Source: Nitrososphaerota archaeon
GTDB taxonomy: Archaea > Thermoproteota > EX4484-205 > JAAOZP01
Reading direction: 5' to 3'
Length of the DNA: 64,000 bases
Assembly: GCA_011605725.1 (NCBI GenBank)
Contig: JAAOZP010000011.1
Coordinates: 64,001 to 128,000 of the forward strand
The notes below the pieces were generated by a model. The model ran no database searches, had not been told where the DNA came from, and saw nothing but the letters and a program-made list of their open reading frames with translations. Shown here in pieces: positions 1 to 9,563 of the stretch; positions within the stretch are counted from its first letter, which is position 1; each line of letters opens with the position of its first letter. A program made the position numbers and the translations under genes.

Positions 1-108
1 GAGAGTCAAGGCCTAGTCTGGAAGGCGATAAGGCTGGTTGAGGAAGAAGGAGTTAAATCTGGTTTAAAACTCGAAAACAACCACGTCGTAAACCATCAAA
101 CTGTCTAG
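1..108 (+). CDS. 3' end of a gene entering from the left edge (ESQGLVWKAIRLVEEEG...), unknown product
   Basis: Frame 1 is open from base 1 to TAG at 106-108 with coding-like purine-rich codons; it converges on the next gene. Too short to identify. Confidence 0.35.
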   Translation, partial: ESQGLVWKAIRLVEEEGVKSGLKLENNHVVNHQTV

Positions 109-2250
109 AGTGTATTCGAAAAAGTCGGCATGCTCTCTGCCGGGCAGCATGTTTCTATCACTCAGCTTAAAAACTCTCCTAGGCCGGCTTCCCCTGGTTC
201 TAATCTTGATGTTTTGCACACGGGTTATGCTTGAAACAGGTCTCTGCATGTCTCCCGTAACGTTGACGAGGTGGACAAGAATTCTTCCAGCGTTTTTCTG
301 CTGCCTGACTTCAAACAGGACGGTTTCCGGAGCGTCAACCTCCACAATAGGAGGCCTACGCATTGCAAACCTGACGCAGTCAGCATAAACCTGCGAGATG
401 TCTGGAATCCTGTATCTAGTGTAGAAATCTTCAATCAACGAGGAGAAGTATATTGTTCTGCTACCACCGTGACGCCTGCAGATGATTGCAGCATAGTTCG
501 AAACCCCTTTGGGAGCCGAGTAATAAGCACCTATCGGATTCATGAAAAAGCATATGGCAGCAGCATCCTGCCTGCTTAAAGTTTTAAGACTGTACACTGG
601 CCTAGGGATTAATGCGTGTCTAGGCATTGAGAAGATTTTCTCCTCGGACTCTGCAAGCCTCATGTATTCTTCACCCACTCTAGGAAGCATCATGCCGTCG
701 CATTTTTCTATGCCTAGAATACTCCAGAGCGGGTTTTCAAGCCTACGATCCCCATACTCGTCGTAACAACCGGTTTCAAAGGAGCAGACCACGCTTCCCC
801 CGTTTTCAATGAAGTTTCTAATACTGCGGATCTGTTCATCGCTCAAGCAGGCGGAGTTTGGAAGGATTAGCAGAGAGTATTTTTTCAACTCGCCTTTGGC
901 AAGAGCATCATCCAGAACCACGTCATACGGGATATGAATACGGCTTAAAATGGTTGCAGCACCCAGTATAGAGTTAGTGTAGACCTCGTCACATACCGCC
1001 TTCCTCGCTTTCAGGTTTATTTTCATATTGCTAGCGCCATCCTCTATTTTAAGGTCCCTCTCAACACCTGTCCCAGGATCAACGTATAGTTCTCTGAGTT
1101 CAGACAAGTAGAACGTGGATGTTTGCGATGAGAGCAGTAGGGCGACCTCAGCCTTGGAAACGGTGTCAGTATAGTACTCTTCGTTCCTAGAGAGAAAGCC
1201 GAGAATGTTTCTCATAGGGGTTAAGGCATCCTCCAGCCTAGTGTCTAGAGCGTAGTTGAACACTGCAAACCATGGGTTTGCCCCGCAGGAGACGGTTTGC
1301 GCAACAGAGATCTCGGCCTCGAAACGTGGAAGCGGCACGTAATGCCAACTACCAAGTGCGTGATGGCTGAAGACAACCGCAGGCTTGCCTTTTGCAGCAA
1401 GATGCTTAGCCTCAAGCGTCCAGAAGACTATGGGAACATTCTGAGAACCAGGGTGGAAGAAAGCCTCTGCACCGTTGAAATCCTCGTATTCACTAAGCTT
1501 TTCAATGTTGCGGGCTACTCTCCAGCTGCCAGGCCACCAAGCACCACCATTAAGAAATATTACTCCCTCCTCATTCACCCTCTTGACGGCTTGGCGAGCA
1601 TCCCTGAGGAAATCGGTCATGGATTCTTCTCTGAACTCTATGAATCTCTTCCAGAGAGGGTTAGACCAGTCTTCCCAGCTGGGGATCTCGCTGCCATACT
1701 TGGCTGAAAACTTTTCCCGGCATGACTCGCAGTAGCAGCACTCTGGGAAGACGACCGGTCCATCCAGGAAAACCCCGTCAATCCCTGTTTTCATAGCCTC
1801 CTCTATGAGTTCGAAAGCCCAGTTTCTCCATCCTGAGTTTACGCAGAAAGTGGTTCCAGAGCCGTAAAGCGGATGTACGCTGCCATAGCTTCTTCCATCC
1901 TCAACACGTTGCTCCCAATCAGCATGCTTCCGTCCAAACTCGTACGAGTACCAGTGCATGTTTAAGTAGGCTAGGACCCTGATGCCATGTTTTCTAGCAT
2001 AAGGCAAGTATTCCCTTATTAGGTCGAAATCACCCAGATCAGGATACTTTTCAAACTTAGGCGTGTTGAAAGTCGTCAGGTAGCCGAGCCCAGGAGCCGT
2101 TCCCGGAGTCCCTATAACCCATTCGCAATTAATATTCCACTCCTCTTTTTTCCACCGGGCCAGCCTATCCATGTCTGACTCCGCCACCCTGTTTAAAGCG
2201 TCCAGATAGTCAAGCCTCATCATCCTGACTGGTTTTCTCCACCATTCCAA
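64..2250 (-). CDS. Putative glycoside hydrolase (GHL6-like TIM barrel plus GH42-type trimerization/GATase-like domain)
   Basis: N-terminal WW motif, DGVFLD, Cys cluster CCYCESC, C-terminal HIPYDVV...YSLLILPN..CLSD..GGSVV domain and HLVN motif; TTG start. Confidence 0.75.
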   Translation of the reverse strand: MEWWRKPVRMMRLDYLDALNRVAESDMDRLARWKKEEWNINCEWVIGTPGTAPGLGYLTTFNTPKFEKYPDLGDFDLIREYLPYARKHGIRVLAYLNMHWYSYEFGRKHADWEQRVEDGRSYGSVHPLYGSGTTFCVNSGWRNWAFELIEEAMKTGIDGVFLDGPVVFPECCYCESCREKFSAKYGSEIPSWEDWSNPLWKRFIEFREESMTDFLRDARQAVKRVNEEGVIFLNGGAWWPGSWRVARNIEKLSEYEDFNGAEAFFHPGSQNVPIVFWTLEAKHLAAKGKPAVVFSHHALGSWHYVPLPRFEAEISVAQTVSCGANPWFAVFNYALDTRLEDALTPMRNILGFLSRNEEYYTDTVSKAEVALLLSSQTSTFYLSELRELYVDPGTGVERDLKIEDGASNMKINLKARKAVCDEVYTNSILGAATILSRIHIPYDVVLDDALAKGELKKYSLLILPNSACLSDEQIRSIRNFIENGGSVVCSFETGCYDEYGDRRLENPLWSILGIEKCDGMMLPRVGEEYMRLAESEEKIFSMPRHALIPRPVYSLKTLSRQDAAAICFFMNPIGAYYSAPKGVSNYAAIICRRHGGSRTIYFSSLIEDFYTRYRIPDISQVYADCVRFAMRRPPIVEVDAPETVLFEVRQQKNAGRILVHLVNVTGDMQRPVSSITRVQNIKIRTRGSRPRRVFKLSDRNMLPGREHADFFEYTLDSLMVYDVVVFEF

Positions 2251-2282
2251 GTTTTTTCGAAATACGGTTAACAGTAGGAGTT

Positions 2283-2307
2283 AAAAACGTTGAGGAGCAA
2301 CGTTTTT
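2283..2307. promoter_or_regulatory. Perfect 10-bp inverted repeat AAAAACGTTG-aggag-CAACGTTTTT, an operator or terminator between AMP phosphorylase and the hydrolase
   Basis: Seen directly; overlaps a minus-strand TTTTTAA box (2281-2287) about 30 nt before the hydrolase start. Confidence 0.5.
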
Positions 2308-2338
2308 CAAAAAAGACGAGTGGCAGTGTTTAAAAACT

Positions 2339-3859
2339 CTAAGCAACCGTGTAATCCGGAACCCTTTTCAACAGCATTCCCCCTATCGGTATCGGCGTGA
2401 GCCTTTGCGCTAAAGCCTTTGCTCGCTCCAGCTTAACCATGCTGTCGGCATAAATCGTAAACAGCTTATCGCTCTTCTTAACTTGGCTGCCCATTTTCTG
2501 CCAGATCACCATGCCCGCCCCCTTATCCCTGGGAGCCCCAGCCGCACGACATATCTGTATCACAGCAGCATTGTTAACCATTTGAACATACCCGTCCTCC
2601 CAAGCGGTAAAGTCATAAGTGTACCGGCCCACCTTAATATCGTCGGAAGTTATTTCAGCGTTACCGCCTTGAGCAGCAATAATCTCCTTAAGCTTCGAGA
2701 GGGCTTTTCCACTTTTCAAGGTTTCCTCAGCAAGCTCCTTACCCTTCCCCCTTTCAACTACCCCCGCCATCTCCAGGAGGATTCCAGCTAGGACGCAGGA
2801 CTTCTCAACCAGGCTTCTAGGCGCATACTTGCCCTCTAAAGCCATCAATGCCTCTCTGGCTTCCAGCGCGGGACCAACAGCTCTTCCCAACGGTTGTGAA
2901 CCGTAGGTTATGGCGCATTCAACCCTTATGCCAACCCTTCTCCCGAGCTCTATGAAGTCTTGGGCTAGGCTCCTAGCCTCGTCCTCCGTCTCAACCTTAG
3001 CCCCTTTCCCCGTCGGGATGTCTATCAGGAGAAGCTCGACGCCAGCAGCCTTCTTCTTAGACATCACTGAAGCGAGAACCTGAGGCTTGGGGTCGAGAGA
3101 GAGTGGATACTCGGCTCTTATTATCTTGTCATCAGCGGGAGCAAGGTTAACACTGCCACCCCATGCCAAGGTGCCTCCGATGCTTTCAGCGATAAACTTT
3201 ATCTTTTGAGCCGTTAGAGACACTGGGGCAAGCACCTCCATGGTGTCAGCTATTCCAGATGGGCTGGTTATTGCTCTCGACGATGTTTTCGGTATTGTAA
3301 CCCCGTTGGCTGCAACTATTGGAACAGTTAGCAAGGCATACTTGTTGCCGGGAACCCCTCCAATACTGTGGACATCAACAATGGGCGATTTATCGAAAAC
3401 AATGGTTTCACCTGTTTCAACCATCGCTTTAACCATTTCCGTCACCTCATCCATATCCATGCCACGCATCTCGATCGAGCTCACGTATGCGGAGAGCTCA
3501 ATGTCTGAAAGATTGTTCTCCACGATATCTCTAATAATCACGCGTATCTCCTCTCCGGATAGCTTTTGCCCTTTCATCTTCTTCTTAATATAGGCTATGG
3601 ATTGGGGTCTCTCGCCTGGGACCACGTTAACCGTATCGCCGTCCTTCAACCCTAGAGCCTTAGCGACCTCCGTGAAGACTCCTATCTCACCCCTGTTTAA
3701 CAGGGTTGAAGTGATATTCGCCACAGCCGTCAGGGATCCTTTCTCACAGTATATCCTTACGTGGTCAAGCGGATGGACTCCAAGCTCTCCTGCATCATCC
3801 GCGTTTAGAAGAACCTCGTAGGAACCCTGCTCAATGTCTATGAACCTTGCTTTAAACAT
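2339..3859 (-). CDS. deoA: AMP phosphorylase (archaeal nucleoside-monophosphate phosphorylase)
   Basis: N-terminal extra domain, DVHSIGGVPGNK, PKTSSRAITSPSGIAD, WGGSVNLAPADD, AGAPRDKGAG; 506 aa. Confidence 0.93.
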   Translation of the reverse strand: MFKARFIDIEQGSYEVLLNADDAGELGVHPLDHVRIYCEKGSLTAVANITSTLLNRGEIGVFTEVAKALGLKDGDTVNVVPGERPQSIAYIKKKMKGQKLSGEEIRVIIRDIVENNLSDIELSAYVSSIEMRGMDMDEVTEMVKAMVETGETIVFDKSPIVDVHSIGGVPGNKYALLTVPIVAANGVTIPKTSSRAITSPSGIADTMEVLAPVSLTAQKIKFIAESIGGTLAWGGSVNLAPADDKIIRAEYPLSLDPKPQVLASVMSKKKAAGVELLLIDIPTGKGAKVETEDEARSLAQDFIELGRRVGIRVECAITYGSQPLGRAVGPALEAREALMALEGKYAPRSLVEKSCVLAGILLEMAGVVERGKGKELAEETLKSGKALSKLKEIIAAQGGNAEITSDDIKVGRYTYDFTAWEDGYVQMVNNAAVIQICRAAGAPRDKGAGMVIWQKMGSQVKKSDKLFTIYADSMVKLERAKALAQRLTPIPIGGMLLKRVPDYTVA

Positions 3860-3940
3860 TAAAAAATAGGGGTGAACGTGTGCTTTTAACCTTTAAGCTT
3901 GCGCGGCGAATAGTCTGAATATTCCAGCGTCTTTCAGACG

Positions 3941-5962
3941 CTAGCTGGGCGTCACAACCCTAAAGTCTAGTCCCGCAATTTTAAGCGAGCCACTTAGCCT
4001 ATCGCCGGAAACAAGGTCTCTGAAGACCCTTGTGCCAAGGCTTAGCTCAGAGACTTCCTCGCCATGATTCAACAGGAATAAGACCTCCTTCCCGCCTCCA
4101 CTCCTCCTAACAGCCTCGACTCCCTCTTGACTTGGAAAAACCTCTTCCACAACACCCATTCTTAGAAGACGGTTTATCAGCTCATCGTAAAACTCTGCGG
4201 TGGCGAAGGTTCCAACGTAGATGGCGACGCCCCTGCCGAGGTGCTTCATGGTTGCAACGGGCTTCCCAGCATACATGCCTGAGCTGTATTCAGCCATTAC
4301 TTCAGCATCCTCGACTTCAAGTTTTTCAGCCCAGTTTCGCGCCCTGAAGAACACTTTTCCCTCGAGAAACAACGCTTCATACGTCTCGCCTTCCGGCAGA
4401 CCTGTGTACTCCTCAACCCTTACCCCGAGAACGTCAGACAATTCTCCTGGGAGGGGTTTATCCACAATGTTATTGTTCCAATCCTTCGAACCAGTTCTAG
4501 GTGTCGCAATCAAAACCCCGCCTCTCTTAACGTATGACCTTAACGCGTCCCCAATCCTATCGTTCAGCAGCATCAGGGATGGTGCGAACAGAACACGGTA
4601 CTTGCCTAGATCCTCCGATGAAGGGTCTACGAAATCCACCGGGATGTTCCGCTTGTAGAGCACTCTGTAAACGTTTAGAACCGGCTCCCAAGCACCCATC
4701 CCATAGTAGTTCTTCCCACCGTAGCCGGTTTCAAGATCCCACGCCCAGAGATTATCGTAAACCAGAATGATGCCCGTGTTCGATTCGAAAAACGTGTCCT
4801 CCAGTTCAGGAGTAATCTTGAAGAGTTCTTCCGAAACCCTCTTGACCTCTGAAAACCTCCTCCTCGGTATGCCGTCGTGGTCCAGGATGCCGTGCCAATA
4901 CTCCTCAGCCCCGAATCTGCACGACCTCCACCTGAAGTATAGGACTCCGTTAGCACCCCTAGCAACCGACTGGACAGTCCAGAGCCGTATTTCCCCAGGC
5001 TTTGGAACTGGTGCGAGATGAGTCTTAACAGCGCCGCTCTGAAGCTCCATTATCAAGTATGGTTTCTTCTTCAGGCTTCTCATCAAGTCGTGCGCCATCG
5101 CGGAGGCGGCGTAGTCAACCTTAGAGGACCATCTTGGATAGTAGTCGAAAGAGACGAAGTCCAAGTCTTTTGCAAGCTTAAAATAGTCAAGCTCCTTGTA
5201 AAGCCCCATAAAGTTATGGGTTATAAAATGGTGGGGAGCATGTTTACGTATTATTTCTACCTGCAGCCTCTGGTAGTTAACCCAGGCATCGCTGGAGAAG
5301 CGGTGCCACTCTAAGCAGAGCGCTGGATTCTGCATGTCGAACGGCGGTCTAGGCGGCAGGATTTCTTCCCAAGAACCATACTCCTGACCCCAGAAGATGA
5401 GGCCGCACTCGGAGTTGAGCCTATCCAGACTGCCATATTTCTTTCTCAACCAGTCTCTGAAGGCAATTATAGAGTTTTCACAGTAACAGAGGTTCACGTC
5501 GAACTCGTTGTCAATCTGCCATCCGATAACATTCGGGTTATCCTTGTAGTGGAGGACAAGCTTTTCAACTATCTTTTTCGAATGCTCTATGTAGTTCGGG
5601 TTCACAGCGCAATAATTCTTCCTTGTACCCTCAGCCTTTCGTCTTCCTTCTCCATCAACCTGAAGAACGTCTGGATGAGCCCTTATAAGCCAAGGAGGAG
5701 GAGCTGCAGTAGGGGTTCCCAGTATTGCTTTAACACCATGCTTAGCAAGTGTTTCTAAAGCATCGTCCAACCAGTCGAAGTTGAACTCCCCTTCAGCAGG
5801 CTCAATCCTGCTCCAGGCGAATTCCGCTAGCCTAACTGTGTTAAACCGTAGTTCCGCCATCATCTTAGCGTCAGTGGCCCATCTTTCTCTCGGCCAATGT
5901 TCCGGATAGTAATCTGCGCCGAACCTGAAGGACAGGTTTTCCTTCTCCCTCAGATTCTTCAT
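3941..5962 (-). CDS. Beta-galactosidase, GH42
   Basis: FGADYYPEHW, AEFAWSRIEP, WQIDNE (acid/base), MELQSG (nucleophile), FGAEEYWHG. Start moved to ATG 5962 because the longer ORF overlaps the divergent gene. Confidence 0.93.
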   Translation of the reverse strand: MKNLREKENLSFRFGADYYPEHWPRERWATDAKMMAELRFNTVRLAEFAWSRIEPAEGEFNFDWLDDALETLAKHGVKAILGTPTAAPPPWLIRAHPDVLQVDGEGRRKAEGTRKNYCAVNPNYIEHSKKIVEKLVLHYKDNPNVIGWQIDNEFDVNLCYCENSIIAFRDWLRKKYGSLDRLNSECGLIFWGQEYGSWEEILPPRPPFDMQNPALCLEWHRFSSDAWVNYQRLQVEIIRKHAPHHFITHNFMGLYKELDYFKLAKDLDFVSFDYYPRWSSKVDYAASAMAHDLMRSLKKKPYLIMELQSGAVKTHLAPVPKPGEIRLWTVQSVARGANGVLYFRWRSCRFGAEEYWHGILDHDGIPRRRFSEVKRVSEELFKITPELEDTFFESNTGIILVYDNLWAWDLETGYGGKNYYGMGAWEPVLNVYRVLYKRNIPVDFVDPSSEDLGKYRVLFAPSLMLLNDRIGDALRSYVKRGGVLIATPRTGSKDWNNNIVDKPLPGELSDVLGVRVEEYTGLPEGETYEALFLEGKVFFRARNWAEKLEVEDAEVMAEYSSGMYAGKPVATMKHLGRGVAIYVGTFATAEFYDELINRLLRMGVVEEVFPSQEGVEAVRRSGGGKEVLFLLNHGEEVSELSLGTRVFRDLVSGDRLSGSLKIAGLDFRVVTPS

Positions 5963-6085
5963 GAAAAATCTAAAACAGTTGAAAAAAATAAAGCTTTCCC
6001 CTGTCCGGAGAACGTCTAACCCGCTTTCCACATGCTCATCATCTTGGGAAAAATAAATATAGGGGGTTGTTTCTGCAATGGATGA

Positions 6086-6961
6086 ATGGTTGAAAAGGTT
6101 GATGAGGATGTTAAGAACAGGATTCTGGCTTTCCAGAGAAATGAGATAACTGAGCATATGGTTTACAATGCTCTCTCTAAAATGGCTAAAGGTGGGAATA
6201 AGCGGCTTTTGAAAAAGATTTCTGAGGATGAGTTGCGCCATTACGGTGAATGGAGAAGCTACACGAGTAGAGACGTCGCCCCCGACAGGCTTATTTTTTT
6301 CAAATACCTCCTCGTATCAAGGCTCTTCGGCTTAACTTTCGCGGTTAAGCTTATGGAGAAAGGCGAGAAGGAGGCGGAGGAGGTTTACGAGAAAATATCC
6401 CTCGTCTTCCCGAAGGCAAAGGAAATAGTGAGTGACGAGATCGAGCATGAGAAGACCTTGATAAGCATGATTGACGAGGAGAAGGTGAAGTATGTCGGTT
6501 CACTAGTGCTGGGTTTGAACGATGCGCTCGTCGAGCTTACTGGGGCCCTTGTCGGCCTAACCTTCACTCTTCAAAACAGTAAGCTGGTCGGGGTAGCGGG
6601 GCTCGTAACTGGCATAGCTGCCTCTCTCTCCATGTCCGCCTCAGAATACTTGTCCCAGAAATCGGAGAAGACTGAGAAAAACCCTTTGAAAGCATCTTTA
6701 TACACTGGTATCGCTTATTTAGCAACTGTCCTCATATTGTCAGCCCCGTATCTCCTACTCTCGGATTATCGTCTTTCTCTGGCAGTCATGTTTCTCAGCA
6801 TAAGCCTAATCGTGTACGTCTTCACCTTCTTCATCTCCATAACTAAGGAGACCTCGTTCAGAAGAATGTTTCTAGAAATGATTCTCATAAGTCTTGGAGT
6901 TGCTGCAGTATCCTTCGTGATAGGATGGTTTGCAAGAATCGTTTTCGGAATAGAGGTCTAA
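6086..6961 (+). CDS. Rubrerythrin/ferritin-like domain fused to a VIT1/CCC1 transporter (MbfA-like iron exporter)
   Basis: ExxH motifs (EITEH, DELRH, DEIEHE), then VLGLNDALVELTG and SMSASEYLS, with about five TM helices. Confidence 0.88.
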   Translation: MVEKVDEDVKNRILAFQRNEITEHMVYNALSKMAKGGNKRLLKKISEDELRHYGEWRSYTSRDVAPDRLIFFKYLLVSRLFGLTFAVKLMEKGEKEAEEVYEKISLVFPKAKEIVSDEIEHEKTLISMIDEEKVKYVGSLVLGLNDALVELTGALVGLTFTLQNSKLVGVAGLVTGIAASLSMSASEYLSQKSEKTEKNPLKASLYTGIAYLATVLILSAPYLLLSDYRLSLAVMFLSISLIVYVFTFFISITKETSFRRMFLEMILISLGVAAVSFVIGWFARIVFGIEV

Positions 6962-7050
6962 CCTGAAGCCGTGCAAGCAAGTCTTTCAGCAAATATAGAC
7001 CTGTATAAAGACTCGGAACATATGTATTAACGCTAGGCTTGAAAAAGGGA

Positions 7051-8043
7051 TTAACCTGGGATTCGGCCGGAGAACAGCCTTATGTATTCTTTGGCTTTCT
7101 CCTTAACCCTGTCTCTGGCTGCGGTGCCGAATTTCCTGAAGTCTTTTTCACTCGGGTTAGCCTGGTAGGCTTTTACGAAGCCTTCGATGAAAGCTATCGA
7201 CAAGGCGGTTGCAACATTAACCTTAGTCACGCCACCAGTCTTTATAGCGTCTAGAAGAGTGCCCTCGCCCTTCTGCAGGACAATCCCTTTTTCACGCGCA
7301 TCCTTCGGCGTCATAAGTATGCCTGAGGAGCCGTGAGAAACCAGGGGGATACGCATTCTCTCCTGAATGGCAATAAGCCTGTCGATGCGGACTGGCCATA
7401 TATCGTCCCAAATACCATGTATGGATCCGAAGGCGGCAGCCAGGAAGTCGCAACCCGTCTTCTTCACAAAGTACTCAACATCCTCCGGTTTAGCCATTAG
7501 CTCCTCTACGGATTTCCCTGCTTTCTCGCGAATAATCCTTACGGCTTCAGCCGGAGGAAGTGATCTTAAACGGGCTATTTCCGCCTGAGAGAAATAGTCT
7601 TCAATCTTCGGAATCTTCCCCAGCTCAGCCTCAACCGGCACTCCTTTCTCACGACACATTTCAACAACCTGCCGTGTAAGCCTAATGTTTTCTTCAAGCG
7701 GAAGGGAAGAACCGTCGAAAAGCACGGCTGTGAAGCCTGCGTCAAGAGCTTTCTTAACCTGCTCTATCTCAGTCGCATGGTCAAGGTTTAAAGCAATACG
7801 TATATTCGTCTCGGAAGCAGCGATCTTAACCATTCCCGCACCCAGTGCCCATCCTGCATACTTGCTTGCACCAGGGCTCAACTGGATTATCAGGTCTACA
7901 GGCTCCCCTATTTCCTTCGAAACTTCTTCAGCAGCCCATATGAATGCCTGTATCATCTCCATATTGTTAGCGTTGAAAGCACCTACAGCCCTGCCTTCTT
8001 TCAATGCTGGTAGAAGCAGGTCGCGTTCGTTAACTAGAGGCAT
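7051..8043 (-). CDS. Class II fructose/ketose-bisphosphate aldolase
   Basis: AVGAFN, LNLDHA, DGSSLPLEENI, EAELG, GSIHG, VSHGSSG, KVNVAT. Confidence 0.88.
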   Translation of the reverse strand: MPLVNERDLLLPALKEGRAVGAFNANNMEMIQAFIWAAEEVSKEIGEPVDLIIQLSPGASKYAGWALGAGMVKIAASETNIRIALNLDHATEIEQVKKALDAGFTAVLFDGSSLPLEENIRLTRQVVEMCREKGVPVEAELGKIPKIEDYFSQAEIARLRSLPPAEAVRIIREKAGKSVEELMAKPEDVEYFVKKTGCDFLAAAFGSIHGIWDDIWPVRIDRLIAIQERMRIPLVSHGSSGILMTPKDAREKGIVLQKGEGTLLDAIKTGGVTKVNVATALSIAFIEGFVKAYQANPSEKDFRKFGTAARDRVKEKAKEYIRLFSGRIPG

Positions 8044-8183
8044 ATATTCTCCCTCCTTTTCCTCCTCTCTACGTGTAGGAAAGGTATAAAAGCTTTCTCA
8101 TGACGAAGCGGTTTCCTGCGGTTTCCTCCAGCCAGCCCACTGGTAAAGTTTAAAAGCTCTTTAATCATTCGACTGCAGAATTA

Positions 8184-9518
8184 TTGTTGTTGAAAATAAT
8201 GAATAAAAAGATGCTTTCAAAAAGCAAGTGGAGAGAAGATGTTTTGAAAATGCTTGAAGAAGGATTAGTGGCATCTGACCCGAAGAAATCAGTGGCTAAT
8301 GCTCTTGAGAAAATGAGTGGTGAAATTAAGGCTGCTGAAAGGGTTTTCGTAATCGGTTTTGGAAAAGCTTCTGCATCCATGGCTGAAGCGTGTGAGGAGA
8401 AAATCGGAGACAGAATTTCCGACGGTGCTATAATAGTCCCGGAGAATGTTGATGCAAAAAGTCTTAGGAGAATCAGGGTTTTCAAAGGGACGCATCCAAT
8501 TCCCTCTCAAGATAGTGTTGAATCCACTAGGAAGCTGATCTCTGTTTGCCAAGGTTTAACCCAAAGAGACCTCGTGATATGCCTAATCTCCGGCGGAGGG
8601 TCTTCTCTCTTAACTCTCCCCGCTGAAGGCATAACTCTAGAGGAGAAGAAAATGGCGACGGATATTCTGTTGAAATCGGGTGCGGAAATAAGAGAGATCA
8701 ACATAGTTAGAAAGCATATTTCAAGCGTTAAAGGAGGACAGTTGTTAAACTTCCTTAAGCCGGCGAGAGTGGTTTCGCTAATTCTTTCAGACATTGTGGG
8801 AGACCCTGTTGAATACATAGCTTCAGGGCCGACTTCACCAGACCCCTCAACATTCAAAGAAGCTTACAGCATAATTTTGAAGTATGGTTTGACCGGGAAA
8901 ATCCCGGGAAGTATTGTCGAAAGAATAGAAAAAGGGGTAAGAGGGGAGATCGCTGAAACCCCGAAGCCTGGGAGCGAGCTTTTCAAAAATGTTAACAACA
9001 TTATTGTTTCCAACAACATGAAGTCGTTAGTAGCGATGGAGAGAAAGGCAGCTGAACTCGGCTATAACACGCTGGTTTTAACCTCGTTCTCCCAGGGGGA
9101 GGCTCGTGAAGTCGGAAGGTTCCTGTGCGGAGTCTTAAAGCAAGTAGCAGTTTACGATTCTCCAGTTAAAAAGCCTGCCTGCTTGATAGTCGGCGGGGAG
9201 ACGACTGTAACCGTTAAGGGCAGGGGGAAAGGAGGTAGAAATCAAGAGTTAACACTATCCGTCTTAATTGGCTGCAGCGATTTAAGAAACTTTGTCTTCG
9301 CATCGATTGGAAGCGACGGTATTGACGGCTATACTGATGCAGCAGGAGCTATTGCAGATTTTTCTACGCTGGAGAGCGCGTGCAATAGTGGATTGGACCC
9401 GAAGATGTTTCTTGAGAATAATGATTCCTACAATTTCTTCAAGCAGACTGGCGATCTGATCTTTACTGGCCCAACAGGCACTAATGTGAACGATTTCACC
9501 CTGGCAGTGATATACTGA
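8184..9518 (+). CDS. Glycerate 2-kinase (MOFRL family)
   Basis: GFGKAS, HPIP, LISGGGSSL, RKHISSVKGG, IASGPT, GGETTV, GGRNQE, SDGIDG, TGPTGTNVND. Start could be 8184-8211. Confidence 0.92.
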   Translation: MLLKIMNKKMLSKSKWREDVLKMLEEGLVASDPKKSVANALEKMSGEIKAAERVFVIGFGKASASMAEACEEKIGDRISDGAIIVPENVDAKSLRRIRVFKGTHPIPSQDSVESTRKLISVCQGLTQRDLVICLISGGGSSLLTLPAEGITLEEKKMATDILLKSGAEIREINIVRKHISSVKGGQLLNFLKPARVVSLILSDIVGDPVEYIASGPTSPDPSTFKEAYSIILKYGLTGKIPGSIVERIEKGVRGEIAETPKPGSELFKNVNNIIVSNNMKSLVAMERKAAELGYNTLVLTSFSQGEAREVGRFLCGVLKQVAVYDSPVKKPACLIVGGETTVTVKGRGKGGRNQELTLSVLIGCSDLRNFVFASIGSDGIDGYTDAAGAIADFSTLESACNSGLDPKMFLENNDSYNFFKQTGDLIFTGPTGTNVNDFTLAVIY

Positions 9519-9563
9519 CGAGTATACGCGTCAGCATGACGATACTCTCGCATTCATAATCCT

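Noticed and set aside
5963-6241. 93-aa N-terminal extension of the GH42 ORF in the ORF track
   Set aside because: It overlaps the divergent rubrerythrin-VIT1 gene and its promoter; GH42 similarity starts just after Met 5962.
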